From IMG/VR virus record IMGVR_UViG_3300029336_000005: 46,909 nt of DNA; one strand, 5' to 3'. The DNA comes from a virus. Every line of letters starts with the position of its first letter. The first letter of the stretch is position 1. A model generated the notes under the pieces. That model was not told where the DNA came from and searched no databases. It was given only the letters and a program-made list of their open reading frames with translations. The translations under genes were made by a program, and so were the position numbers. Shown piece by piece: positions 1 to 9,866 of the stretch.

Positions 1-123
1 TCTTCGGGTACTTTATGGAGTCTGGCGAATGCCTATTCAACACAGTTGTTGGAATCCGGTCGAAAAAGGCAAAAGGTGAACGCCTGGACAAATGGGAAAA
101 GAAATTCTATCAGGAAAACAAGA
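1..123. repeat. Terminal overlap, copy 1 (identical to 46787-46909)
   Basis: Read directly: tcttcgggtactttatggagtctggcg...ttctatcaggaaaacaaga is at both ends. Joining them keeps ORF 46420.. in frame with ORF ..206. Confidence 0.95.
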
Positions 124-206
124 ACATTATTGACATAAAAACACGTCTCAGCGACGAGGAGCAAGCTTATAAAGATAAGTTGAATGAGATGTTGAACCTC
201 AAATAG
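1..206 (+). CDS. C-terminal part of the Gp15-like tail assembly chaperone (continues 46420..46909 across the junction)
   Basis: An offset of 46786 puts position 15 in the same frame as 46420. The ORF ends just upstream of the tape measure gene. Confidence 0.7.
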   Translation, partial: FGYFMESGECLFNTVVGIRSKKAKGERLDKWEKKFYQENKNIIDIKTRLSDEEQAYKDKLNEMLNLK

Positions 207-221
207 TTAGGAGGTGGACAC

Positions 222-2948
222 ATGGCTGCTGATGGCTCAGTCATTATTGATACCAGGATGGACACGTCAGGTGTGCAAAAAGGCGTATCAGCTATAAAAC
301 AGTCATTTAACGGCCTTGGAAGTGCTGTAAAAAAAATCGGTCTGCTGATTGGTGGGGCTTTTGCTGTCGGCAAATTAGCGCAGTTTGGGAAAGAGTGCGT
401 GGAGCTTGGCTCTGATCTTGCGGAAGTTCAGAACGTGGTCGATGTTACATTTACCACAATGTCTGACAAGGTAAACGAATTCGCCAAAAACGCTATGACC
501 TCTGCCGGACTGTCAGAAACGATGGCAAAAAGGTATGTTGGAACGTTCGGAGCAATGTCCAAGTCGTTCGGATTCTCTGAAGCACAGGCTTACGACATGT
601 CAACAGCTCTGACACAGCTGACTGGTGATGTGGCATCATTTTATAACATCAGTCAAGACCTGGCTTATATCAAACTGAAATCAGTGTTTACGGGCGAAAC
701 GGAAACGCTCAAGGATCTTGGCGTGGTAATGACCCAGTCGGCACTTGATCAGTATGCGCTGGCGAACGGATACGGAAAAACCACATCTGAAATGACAGAA
801 CAGGAGAAAGTTGCTCTTCGTCTGGCTTTTGTACAGAAACAGTTATCAGCTGCATCTGGAGACTTTATCCGTACTTCTGACAGCTGGGCGAATCAGGTAC
901 GAGTGATGCAGTTGCAGTTGCAGTCTCTCAAGGCAACAGTTGGACAGGGATTGATTAATATTTTCACACCTGTTCTGAAAGTTATTAATGTTCTGCTAGG
1001 CAAACTGGCAACTCTGGCAAATGCTTTTAAAAGCTTCACAGAACTGATTACTGGCAAGAAATCATCAGGTCAGACAAGCGGAGGTGGTGCAGGCCTTACA
1101 GGCGATGCAAGTGGCGTGCAGGATACGGCGGATGCTTATGGGCAGGCAGCGGACAACGCCGGTAAGTTAGCAGATTCCACAGAAGACGTAGCCGATGCCA
1201 CAAAAGATGCGGCAAAAGCGGCGAAAGGATACCTTAGTCCGCTCGATGAAATTAATCGGTATTCTACACAGGATACATCATCAACAGCAAGTAAAACTCC
1301 GTCGACATCCGGTAGTGGCAGTGGCGGCGGCGGAACATCTCTTCCGAGTGCAGTCAGCAACGTAGATTACGGAAAAGTAGCAGAGGGCGAAACTGCTCTG
1401 GACAAAATAAGCAAATCAGCTGAAAAGCTTGCGAAGCTCCTTAAGAAGCTCTGGAAACCATTTCAGGACGCTTGGAAAAAAGAGGGTAAGAACACCATTG
1501 AGGCGGCACAGCTTGCTTTGTCCGGGATTGCAAAGCTCGCTAAGAGTGTAGGCAGAAGCCTTGTAGAGGTCTGGACAAATGGCGCAGGTACGACAATGCT
1601 CACGACCATGCTGAGGATTGCTCAAAACGTGCTTAAAACCATCGGAAATATTGCATCCGGTTTTGCCGATGCGTGGAACAAGAACAATGTCGGAACACAG
1701 ATTATCCAGAACATTGCAGATGCTCTTGTAGTAGTTATGCAGTTTGTTGAGAGGATTGCCGCAGATACGGCAACATGGGCGGCAAATTTGGACTTCTATC
1801 CATTGTTGGAATCAATTAGCAATTTAACGAGCGCATTTGCTCCAATTCTGGAATCTATTGGAAACGTTCTTGAATGGATTTATAAAAGCATTGTTCTCCC
1901 GATGCTGAAATGGGTCATTGAGGTAGGACTTCCGACAGTGATTAATCTGGTGTCAAAAGTAGCTACGTTTCTTGCCGATCATCAGCCGATAGTCGAGGCA
2001 TTCGGTGCAGCTCTGATTGGGGCGTTTGCAGCGGCAAAGATTGCAAAATTGGCATCGAGCATTATTGGAAGCATCAGCACGATCATGTTGTATGGGAAAG
2101 GCCTTGTAGCTTTGATGACTGGGTCGAGTGGAATTATAGGTGGTATCAAAGCCATTGCGACAGTTATCGGACCGGGCGGGGTCTTTGTCCTTGCAGTCGG
2201 CGCTGCTATAGCAATCGGAGTGCTGCTGTACAAGAACTGGGACAAGATCAAGGTAACCGCAGGAAAAGTATGCGATTGGATTGGAAATAAAACAACAGCA
2301 TTTATTAATGAGATTAGTAGCAAACTCAAAAATCTTGGAATTAAAATGTCTACGTTTTGGAATAATATGCTGTCGAATGCTCGTAAAAAATTGAACGAGA
2401 TGTTGTCAATGGCAGGGAATTTGGCTGGAAGAATCGGAAATGCTATCGTGGGTAATCTCACATCTGCTAAAAACACTGTAGTCAATGTATTTAATGGAAT
2501 GGGAGATGCTATCAGGTCTGTTCTAAACAATATCATAAGTGTTGTAAACGGTGCCATCAGTAAAGTGAATGGGGTTATTAGCGCAGTCGAATCGGCGTTC
2601 TCATTCGGTCCCTGGAAAGTACCGACTCCATTTGGTTCAAAGACCATCGGGTTTAAAGCTACTTTCCCACGAGTTCCAACAGTTCCATATCTGGCTAAAG
2701 GTGCAGTTATTCCACCTCGAAGCGAGTTCCTTGCGGTCTTAGGAGATCAGAAACAGGGCAATAACATCGAGACACCGGAAGCTCTGCTCAGAAAGATTAT
2801 CCGCGAAGAAACAGCAGGACGGCAGACTGGCGGTGGAAGTTACCGTTTTACAGCTCAGATCAACCGCAGGACACTGTTTGACGAGATGATGAAAGAAGCG
2901 CAGATGAGACGAGATACAAGCGGCAGAAACCCGTTTGAGATGGCATAG
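222..2948 (+). CDS. Tail tape measure protein
   Basis: 908 aa, placed after the chaperone pair. It has a helical N-terminus, a Gly/Ser/Ala linker (SGSGSGGGG) and hydrophobic Gly/Ala/Ile-rich segments. RBS is aggaggtg. Confidence 0.9.
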   Translation: MAADGSVIIDTRMDTSGVQKGVSAIKQSFNGLGSAVKKIGLLIGGAFAVGKLAQFGKECVELGSDLAEVQNVVDVTFTTMSDKVNEFAKNAMTSAGLSETMAKRYVGTFGAMSKSFGFSEAQAYDMSTALTQLTGDVASFYNISQDLAYIKLKSVFTGETETLKDLGVVMTQSALDQYALANGYGKTTSEMTEQEKVALRLAFVQKQLSAASGDFIRTSDSWANQVRVMQLQLQSLKATVGQGLINIFTPVLKVINVLLGKLATLANAFKSFTELITGKKSSGQTSGGGAGLTGDASGVQDTADAYGQAADNAGKLADSTEDVADATKDAAKAAKGYLSPLDEINRYSTQDTSSTASKTPSTSGSGSGGGGTSLPSAVSNVDYGKVAEGETALDKISKSAEKLAKLLKKLWKPFQDAWKKEGKNTIEAAQLALSGIAKLAKSVGRSLVEVWTNGAGTTMLTTMLRIAQNVLKTIGNIASGFADAWNKNNVGTQIIQNIADALVVVMQFVERIAADTATWAANLDFYPLLESISNLTSAFAPILESIGNVLEWIYKSIVLPMLKWVIEVGLPTVINLVSKVATFLADHQPIVEAFGAALIGAFAAAKIAKLASSIIGSISTIMLYGKGLVALMTGSSGIIGGIKAIATVIGPGGVFVLAVGAAIAIGVLLYKNWDKIKVTAGKVCDWIGNKTTAFINEISSKLKNLGIKMSTFWNNMLSNARKKLNEMLSMAGNLAGRIGNAIVGNLTSAKNTVVNVFNGMGDAIRSVLNNIISVVNGAISKVNGVISAVESAFSFGPWKVPTPFGSKTIGFKATFPRVPTVPYLAKGAVIPPRSEFLAVLGDQKQGNNIETPEALLRKIIREETAGRQTGGGSYRFTAQINRRTLFDEMMKEAQMRRDTSGRNPFEMA

Positions 2949-2961
2949 AAAGGAGGGCGTT

Positions 2962-3336
2962 ATGGAAAAGTATAAAATCAACGGAACAATAATTTGGCAA
3001 CCGGATAAAGACCTTGCGCTCTCCTTTGCCACGACTTACACGGAATCCAGTCAGAGAACGCAGTACGGTGTAGGCTACTTTACGCCGATGTTTACCGTAG
3101 AACAATATACATACAAGGCCAGTGACCTCCCGATGACGGAAGCAACTAAAATTTTGCAGATGGTAGCAAAAGGATATAAATTTACGCTTCATTATTTCTC
3201 GCCGTATTACGGAATTTGGAGAGACGCTCCGTTCTATGTGGGGCAGACGCAGAACATAGCTATTGGGGAACTGTCGGACGATAGAAAGATTATGTCATCA
3301 TTAGAGTTTAACATGACGGGGGTGAATCCACTGTGA
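2962..3336 (+). CDS. Putative distal tail protein (short, 124 aa)
   Basis: Lies between the tape measure and the large tail protein. RBS aaaggaggg precedes ATG 2962, and the earlier ATG at 2935 lacks an RBS. Confidence 0.4.
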   Translation: MEKYKINGTIIWQPDKDLALSFATTYTESSQRTQYGVGYFTPMFTVEQYTYKASDLPMTEATKILQMVAKGYKFTLHYFSPYYGIWRDAPFYVGQTQNIAIGELSDDRKIMSSLEFNMTGVNPL

Positions 3337-6300
3337 TTAACGTAAGTAACGCATTTAGAGAAAAGTTTGAAGCTGGCGAACCAGTCAGAATGGTAGTGGA
3401 TATCACCTTTCCTGACGGGACGAAAAAAACTATTAATGAAGATATCATGAACGGTGACAACGGGTTTTCTGACTGTGCAGATAGCAGTAGTTTTCCGGTC
3501 GGTGCTACTATCTGTAAAACACTGACGCTAAGCATCAATAACGATCAAGAGCAATGGAAGAACTACAACTTTTACGGAGCTAAGATTCATGCTTATCTGA
3601 AGCTTCAGACGTCGTATGCGGCGCCGGAATCTGTAAGCGCACTGTTAGATGAAAGCTATAACCCGATTCTGGACAGCACCGGTGATCCTATCATCGCAAC
3701 ACAGGCAGCTACAAAAGATATCATTGAAACTATAGATAAGGGAGTCTATACGGTCACTACGCCAGAGCAGTATTCAGATATCATCAATGTTACGGCACTG
3801 GATGATATGTATAAGGCGAATAAGGTATATACTAGCGGATTGAAATTGCCGCAGTCGCTCATTAACCTTGTAAGAGATGCTTGTAAGACTGTCGGTATAG
3901 GCATGAACCTGACTATGGACCATGGCGATATTATAATAAGAAGTATTCCGGACAGTATGACGTTTCGTCAGTTGTTTGGGTATGCGGCCATGGTTGAGTC
4001 TGCGAACGCCCGGATTGATTATTCCGGGAATCTCCAGTTTGTAAAATGGGACTTTGAAAGGTCGAATATACCGGAATTGAAGAACTATGGAAACCCACCT
4101 ACGCTTTCTAGTGACGATATAGTTATAACTGGAATCAAGGTAACGAACGGTCAGTCAAACGATGATGCTAATACTGATTATTCTGGCATGTACGGAGAGG
4201 AAGGGTACGTCCTCGAACTTGAGAACGAGCTGATTGACACCGATCAGCTTCAGACAGTAGCGAATATCATCGGCGAACAGATTGTAGGGGCACGATTCCG
4301 GAATCTTGAGGGTGATCTGGTATACAACCCGCTCGTCGAGTTTGGTGACATGGTGTACACTTACGACCGATTAGGGAATAAGTATCTTACTCCTCTGACA
4401 GATGTTTCCGGAAATGTAGGCGGCCTGACTACAGTTAAGACACAGGCCGATGATCCGATCAGAGGCAGCAGTGATTTTTACGGAAATAGTACAAAAGCTA
4501 TAGTTGCGGCACGTCAGATGGTGCAAAAAGAAACATCCGCAAGGGAAGAGGCTATACGGAGATTGGCTGAAACACTCAGTTCTTCGAGCGGCTTGTATAT
4601 GACGCAAGAGCCACAACAGGATGGTAGCATTATATACTACATGCACAATAAGCCGACCATAGCAGAATCTAACATAATCTGGAAACTGACAGCAGAGGCG
4701 TTTGCTGTGTCGATTGATGGTGGAAAAACGTATCCTTACGGCTTTGCGGTGACTGGCGAATTAATAACCAGGCTGCTCTATGCAGAGGGCATCAATGCCG
4801 ACTATATCAACGCAGGAACACTCATCGTAAGAGACAAGAGTGGAAATGCGATATTTGAAGCAGATATGGATACTGGATCAGTTACCCTTGACGGAAGTTG
4901 TGTGACTATCGGCGGTAAGCCACTTGATGAAAAGATTGAAGATGTTGAGAACATGGCAGCTCTGGCCAGGAATATGACCATGCAGCTCGACAACGATTAC
5001 CAGGGAATCCCAGTTGACAGCGACGGCAACTATACAGAGTTCCCGGAGTGTACCACAACAGCGACCGTCATGTACGGCACGCAGGATATCACGGATAACT
5101 GTACGTACACGATTACGAAATCTCAGAACATACAGGGAAACTGGAACAAGGAGAGAAAGACATACACTGTCACCGGGCTGACCGCAGACAGCGGATGGGT
5201 GAACATCAAAGCCGCATATCTGAATAACCTTGTCGTGTCGAAACAGTTCTCACTTGCGAAACAGTACGCCGGACCGCAGGGAATCCCAGGCGTTGGAGTA
5301 GATGGAAAGACAACGTATCTGCATATCCGATATGCACCGGTACAGAACCCGACAGCGGCGCAGATGAGTAAGACACCAAACAAGTATATCGGAACTTATA
5401 CGGACTTTTCCGGCGTTGACAGCACCGACCCGACGAAATACACGTGGGCGAAATTCGAGGGCGACCAAGGAGCGCAAGGTCCAAAAGGGGCGGACGGTAA
5501 GTCGTCTTATACGTGGATGAAATACGCCACAAGACCGGATGGACTTGACATGTCAGACAACCCGGATTATGTGCCGCTGTTAGACAGCACTGGCAGTCCG
5601 ATTCTGGATAGTGCCGGAGAGCAAATCTATACGGTGACGCAGGCGACCTATATCGGCATCGCAACGAATAAGGACACGGCTACAGAAAGCACCAACCCGG
5701 CAGACTACACATGGAGTCGGTTCCGTGGCGTTGATGGATATGATGGCAAAGACGGAGCAAACGGCATCCCGGGAAAAGATGGTAAAGACGGAAAGACGCA
5801 GTACACGCACCTTGCTTACGCCAACAGTGCAGATGGTAAGAAAGATTTTTCGGTAAGTGACGGAAACCGTGAATATATCGGAATGTACGTGGACTTCGTG
5901 GAAGCCGACAGCACCGACCCGACTAAGTATACGTGGTCGCTGATTAAGGGGGCAAACGGAGCGCAGGGTGTGCCGGGAACCCCGGGAGTGAACGGAAAGA
6001 CACCGTACTTTCACATCGCATATGCTAACAGTGCGGATGGTAGAACTGGTTTCTCCGTGGATGATAGCGTCAATAAGCTGTATATCGGACAGTATACCGA
6101 TTACACACCGGATGATAGCACCGACCCGACGAAATACAGCTGGACGAAAATTAAGGGCGAGCAGGGGGCTGCTGGAAGGACTTACTTCTTCCAGAGTAAT
6201 GCGGATGTGTTGCTGATGGGAGCGGACAAGAAGATAACACCGGCACCGCTTATTGTAGATTCATTCTATCGTGACGGAAACGGAGAAGTTGCACAGTCAC

Positions 6301-7547
6301 AAAAAGGCTGGTGGAAACTGGAAAAATCCACCGACAACGGCGCTACATGGTCGGCACTCACGGTATCGCAGACTGCGGCACTTGATCGGTTAAGTATTAA
6401 CGTCAATAGCCTGTCACTCAAAGCTCATGACATGATCAAAGTTTCACTGTATTTCGACCAGGCGAAAACGAAATTAGCTGATCAGCAGACGTATGCGGTT
6501 GCGATTGATGTAGCAGCACTGACACAGGAAGATATTGTAAACATCCTATCGGATGATGGCAAATGGAAGGGGTTGTGGTACAACTCAGATGACAATACTT
6601 TGTACATTTCTTTTAATGCTGCAAGGGGCGGTACGCTTTCTTTAGGTGGAAAAAATGATGGTAACGGAAAAATATTTTTATATGATGAAGATGGAACCTA
6701 TTGCGGACAACTTAACAATGCCGGATTAACTTTTCCACTTAATAAGAAATATGGCGTCAATATATCGAACCGGGGTATCACTAAATTTAATTACACGCCG
6801 CCTTCAAATATAGACAAGGATGGTATTGAAACTCTCGATATGGAACAGAGTATTGTCGAAATTGATACTGATGGAATCGTTTCGACATCAACAGATGATC
6901 TTTCAGTTGAGGAACAAGCGGTAATTTATAAGCTTATTGTTAATAATAGCGCAAATTTTAATGGAACATTGCATGTCCAAAAAGGAGCAACCTTTGATGA
7001 AACACTATATTTTTATGACTGGGAACAACAAAAACTAAAAACAGGAAGGCGGCAACCAGTTGCATCTATAACGGCTGATGGATCAAGAGCTGCATATATA
7101 AGCACGGGAAGAACAGTCACTGGAACATCCGAACTTGGTGAAACATATAAACCATTTCTAAATGTTCGTGGACAATTCGGATTTACAGATGGTTCATACA
7201 CATCAAATAAATTCTATTCCGGATCATTAACATCCGATGCTAGGCTAAAAGAGAATGTAAAGCTTTGCAAAATTTCTGCATTAGAAATTATAAACCGTAT
7301 GCGAGCGTGTGAATTTGATTGGAAAAAGGGTGGACATGAGCACATTGGGTTTATAGCAGATGATTTAGAGAAAATAGACGATAAGCTAACGTTAGGTGGC
7401 GGTTACGACGAAAACGGCGAGATGGACATTAAGCAGATTAACAGTCCGTACTTGCTGAACTACGCCATCAAAGCCATACAGGAACTCAGTGCAAAGGTTG
7501 ATGAGCAAGAGAAACGTATCAAGGAATTAGAAAGGAGATTACAGTAA
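3333..7547 (+). CDS. Tail-associated host-specificity protein with collagen-like tracts and a C-terminal S74-type intramolecular chaperone domain
   Basis: 1404 aa. Four repeated modules (YIGxYTDxxxxDSTDPTKYxW..KG followed by Gly-X-Y runs such as GANGAQGVPGTPGVNGKT). The C-terminus has SDARLKENV...IGFIADDLE, typical of auto-cleaving tail-spike chaperone domains. Confidence 0.8.
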   Translation: MINVSNAFREKFEAGEPVRMVVDITFPDGTKKTINEDIMNGDNGFSDCADSSSFPVGATICKTLTLSINNDQEQWKNYNFYGAKIHAYLKLQTSYAAPESVSALLDESYNPILDSTGDPIIATQAATKDIIETIDKGVYTVTTPEQYSDIINVTALDDMYKANKVYTSGLKLPQSLINLVRDACKTVGIGMNLTMDHGDIIIRSIPDSMTFRQLFGYAAMVESANARIDYSGNLQFVKWDFERSNIPELKNYGNPPTLSSDDIVITGIKVTNGQSNDDANTDYSGMYGEEGYVLELENELIDTDQLQTVANIIGEQIVGARFRNLEGDLVYNPLVEFGDMVYTYDRLGNKYLTPLTDVSGNVGGLTTVKTQADDPIRGSSDFYGNSTKAIVAARQMVQKETSAREEAIRRLAETLSSSSGLYMTQEPQQDGSIIYYMHNKPTIAESNIIWKLTAEAFAVSIDGGKTYPYGFAVTGELITRLLYAEGINADYINAGTLIVRDKSGNAIFEADMDTGSVTLDGSCVTIGGKPLDEKIEDVENMAALARNMTMQLDNDYQGIPVDSDGNYTEFPECTTTATVMYGTQDITDNCTYTITKSQNIQGNWNKERKTYTVTGLTADSGWVNIKAAYLNNLVVSKQFSLAKQYAGPQGIPGVGVDGKTTYLHIRYAPVQNPTAAQMSKTPNKYIGTYTDFSGVDSTDPTKYTWAKFEGDQGAQGPKGADGKSSYTWMKYATRPDGLDMSDNPDYVPLLDSTGSPILDSAGEQIYTVTQATYIGIATNKDTATESTNPADYTWSRFRGVDGYDGKDGANGIPGKDGKDGKTQYTHLAYANSADGKKDFSVSDGNREYIGMYVDFVEADSTDPTKYTWSLIKGANGAQGVPGTPGVNGKTPYFHIAYANSADGRTGFSVDDSVNKLYIGQYTDYTPDDSTDPTKYSWTKIKGEQGAAGRTYFFQSNADVLLMGADKKITPAPLIVDSFYRDGNGEVAQSQKGWWKLEKSTDNGATWSALTVSQTAALDRLSINVNSLSLKAHDMIKVSLYFDQAKTKLADQQTYAVAIDVAALTQEDIVNILSDDGKWKGLWYNSDDNTLYISFNAARGGTLSLGGKNDGNGKIFLYDEDGTYCGQLNNAGLTFPLNKKYGVNISNRGITKFNYTPPSNIDKDGIETLDMEQSIVEIDTDGIVSTSTDDLSVEEQAVIYKLIVNNSANFNGTLHVQKGATFDETLYFYDWEQQKLKTGRRQPVASITADGSRAAYISTGRTVTGTSELGETYKPFLNVRGQFGFTDGSYTSNKFYSGSLTSDARLKENVKLCKISALEIINRMRACEFDWKKGGHEHIGFIADDLEKIDDKLTLGGGYDENGEMDIKQINSPYLLNYAIKAIQELSAKVDEQEKRIKELERRLQ

Positions 7548-7990
7548 TGGGAAAATGGACAGATTATGGAATAAAATCAGCACCTGCAAATGCGGATGAT
7601 GTGATGATCTATGACACAATCGCAAAAGCAAACAAAAGGGCAACATTCAGCGGAATTTGGAACTGGATCGTTGACCGGTTAGCAAATGCGGTTATTTCAC
7701 AGCTTAAAACAAGTAATAAGACTGTAATTGGAGCGGTGAATGAATTGAATGGAAGAGTGATTAATGGTGCGACGTATTCTTCACTTGACGATATCCCTTT
7801 GCAGACACAAGGAACTTATACTCTGTCGGAAGGCATTCGTCCGGATCCAGATGCTTCAATGTATATGGGGTTTTGCCAAGGAACTCAAACTACAAGGGTT
7901 CTTATGCTGATAAGACCGTACTCACAGAAAATTTATATCAATTCTAAGGTGCAGGGTGCGGATTGGAAAGGGTGGAAAGTCTATTCATAA
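7547..7990 (+). CDS. Hypothetical tail/fibre-associated protein
   Basis: 147 aa, start overlaps the stop of the tail protein (TAATG), and it sits between tail and lysis genes. Confidence 0.3.
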   Translation: MGKWTDYGIKSAPANADDVMIYDTIAKANKRATFSGIWNWIVDRLANAVISQLKTSNKTVIGAVNELNGRVINGATYSSLDDIPLQTQGTYTLSEGIRPDPDASMYMGFCQGTQTTRVLMLIRPYSQKIYINSKVQGADWKGWKVYS

Positions 7991-8008
7991 AATAAGGAGA
8001 AAGCTGCT

Positions 8009-9397
8009 ATGAAAATTAAAGGAATTGATGTTTCAGCATGGCAGGGCCAGATTGACTGGTCTGCCGTAGCAAAGTACGGCATGGGGTTCGCAATCCTCAG
8101 AATCACAGAAACTGGAAACGTGATTGACAGCGCATTCGAAAGAAATTATCGGGGATGTACTGAAAATAACATCCCTGTAGGGGTGTATAAATATTCTTAC
8201 GCTATGACAGTAAGTGAAATTCGGAGTGAAGCAAATAAAATCGTATCCGTGCTGGCAGGACGTAAAATTCAGCTCCCGGTGTTTCTTGACCTCGAAAACA
8301 GCAATCAAAGAGCGTTAGGATCTGAAAACATTCATAAGCTTGCGGATGCTTTCCGGGAAATCATCGAAAAAGCTGGATATAAATTTGCTCTGTACTGCAA
8401 TGTCGACTGGTACGATACCGTGATCTGTTCGCATCTGAAAAAGTATGATTTCTGGATAGCCAGATATCCGGCAAACGATAACGGAACATTGCAGGAAAGA
8501 CTCCGGCCGAATTTTGGTGTAGGCTGGCAGTATTCCAGCAAAGCAACTATTCCGGGAATAACAGGAAATGTTGACCGGAATGTATTTTATAAAGACTATA
8601 AGGAGGCTTCTGCGATGGACAAATCTATCGAAAAAGTGATTCTCATTGCAAAAAACGAAATCGGGTATCTTGAAAAGAAAAGCAACAGCCAGCTCGACAG
8701 CAAGACTGCGAATTCGGGAAGCGCGAACTACACAAAGTACTGGCGTGATGTGAAACCATCCTATCAGGGACAGCCCTGGTGTGCTTGTTTCGTGAGCTGG
8801 TGCTTCATGAAAGCATTCGGACTGAATAAGGCAAAGAAGCTCCTAAAACATTGGCCTTATGTGTACTGTCCGACCATGAGTGGTTTATTCACGCTTAATG
8901 CGAACCCCAAAGTTGGAGACATTGTAATTTTTAAACATAATGATACATTTACCCACACTGGATTAGTCACGGCGGTTGTTGGCGATCGTTTTTACACCAT
9001 TGAGGGTAATACTTCCGGTGCATCTGGTATTATCGCAAACGGCGGTGGTGTTTGTGCAAAAAGCTATCTTAACAGTCAGATGCCGGGAACAAAATTCTGC
9101 ACACCGGACTGGAAGATCGTAAACGGAACATCAACTAACACATCAAATACAGGAGGAAAGAAATATATGTTCACAACAGAAATAGTAGTAGCAGGCAGCA
9201 CAGGACTTTCTGTCCTTCTTTTACAGGAGATTCTTGTAGCACGAAAATTCAAAGGAAAAGACGGTAAAGAGCTTGAACTTGATCGTTCTGCCGGAACAAA
9301 CACCATCTATGCTCTGAATGCTTACAAGAAATCCAGGGGCATGAAGCAGGATGGAATCTGTGATGCAGCTGTCTGGAAAGATTTGATTGCACTTTGA
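8009..9397 (+). CDS. Three-domain endolysin: GH25 muramidase, CHAP peptidase and a peptidoglycan-binding domain
   Basis: N-terminus KGIDVSAWQGQIDW (GH25). Middle EIGYLEK...QPWCACFVSW...HTGLV (CHAP Cys/His). C-terminus LLQEILVARKF...DGICDAAVWKDL (PG_binding_1-like). Confidence 0.9.
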   Translation: MKIKGIDVSAWQGQIDWSAVAKYGMGFAILRITETGNVIDSAFERNYRGCTENNIPVGVYKYSYAMTVSEIRSEANKIVSVLAGRKIQLPVFLDLENSNQRALGSENIHKLADAFREIIEKAGYKFALYCNVDWYDTVICSHLKKYDFWIARYPANDNGTLQERLRPNFGVGWQYSSKATIPGITGNVDRNVFYKDYKEASAMDKSIEKVILIAKNEIGYLEKKSNSQLDSKTANSGSANYTKYWRDVKPSYQGQPWCACFVSWCFMKAFGLNKAKKLLKHWPYVYCPTMSGLFTLNANPKVGDIVIFKHNDTFTHTGLVTAVVGDRFYTIEGNTSGASGIIANGGGVCAKSYLNSQMPGTKFCTPDWKIVNGTSTNTSNTGGKKYMFTTEIVVAGSTGLSVLLLQEILVARKFKGKDGKELELDRSAGTNTIYALNAYKKSRGMKQDGICDAAVWKDLIAL

Positions 9398-9571
9398 TCT
9401 AAGATGAGGTATACTATCAGTAGCCGCGCAGGGATTGAACTTATGATGTAAAGCTTCCTGTGTGGCTACGCACAAGTGAAGAGTGCAGACTGATTCTGTC
9501 GCGCATGAATGAAAGAGCTGCATGTTCCCGGTGGGGGCTGTTATCAGCGGCACGAGTGGACAGTCAAAGAA

Positions 9572-9605
9572 AGAGTTGGGCATAAAAACCCGACTCTCTT
9601 TTTTT
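9572..9605 (+). terminator. Rho-independent terminator ending the tail-lysis operon
   Basis: Stem agagttggg/cccgactct (one G-T pair), 8-nt loop, then cttttttt. Confidence 0.75.
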
Positions 9606-9647
9606 ACGTCAAATTACGATGTTTTAATCAGATATAGATTTACACGG

Positions 9648-9669
9648 TTAGTCACAAATTAGTCACAAA
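9648..9669 (+). repeat. Perfect tandem 11-bp direct repeat TTAGTCACAAA x2 (candidate integrase/Xis arm-type sites)
   Basis: Read directly, in the AT-rich non-coding region between the endolysin terminator and the int 3' end. Confidence 0.7.
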
Positions 9670-9845
9670 TAAAGTCTGAAAAACCGCATAAACAAAGTAC
9701 TCTTGAAGATTTTCATTAAAATTAGATTAAAGAAAATGTCTTTGCGAAATCCCTTGTAAAATGCGGAAAAGCCAGTAAAATCAAGGCTTTGCAGACTTTT
9801 GTTAGAGTGATTAAGACAGTTTAAAAATGATAAAAATAGGAACGG

Positions 9846-9866
9846 TTAGTCACAGTTAGTCACAAA
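9846..9866 (+). repeat. Second tandem pair TTAGTCACA-g-TTAGTCACAAA, same orientation, overlapping the integrase stop codon
   Basis: Read directly, ~198 bp from the first pair and preceded by the same cgg context. Confidence 0.7.

Noticed and set aside
1982-2647. Long antisense ORFs inside the tape measure and tail genes (for example 1982..2647, 5206..5664 and 5580..6014 on the minus strand).
   Set aside because: They lie fully within strongly supported plus-strand genes, lack SD sequences, and have repetitive or odd composition typical of shadow frames.
3333-7547. Possible diversity-generating retroelement targeting the tail protein.
   Set aside because: No reverse transcriptase gene is present, and no template-repeat copy of the 3' end of the gene was seen anywhere in the genome.
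9221-9583. 120-aa minus-strand ORF overlapping the endolysin 3' end and its untranslated tail.
   Set aside because: It overlaps a well-supported gene on the other strand, has no SD, and would end inside the endolysin coding region.
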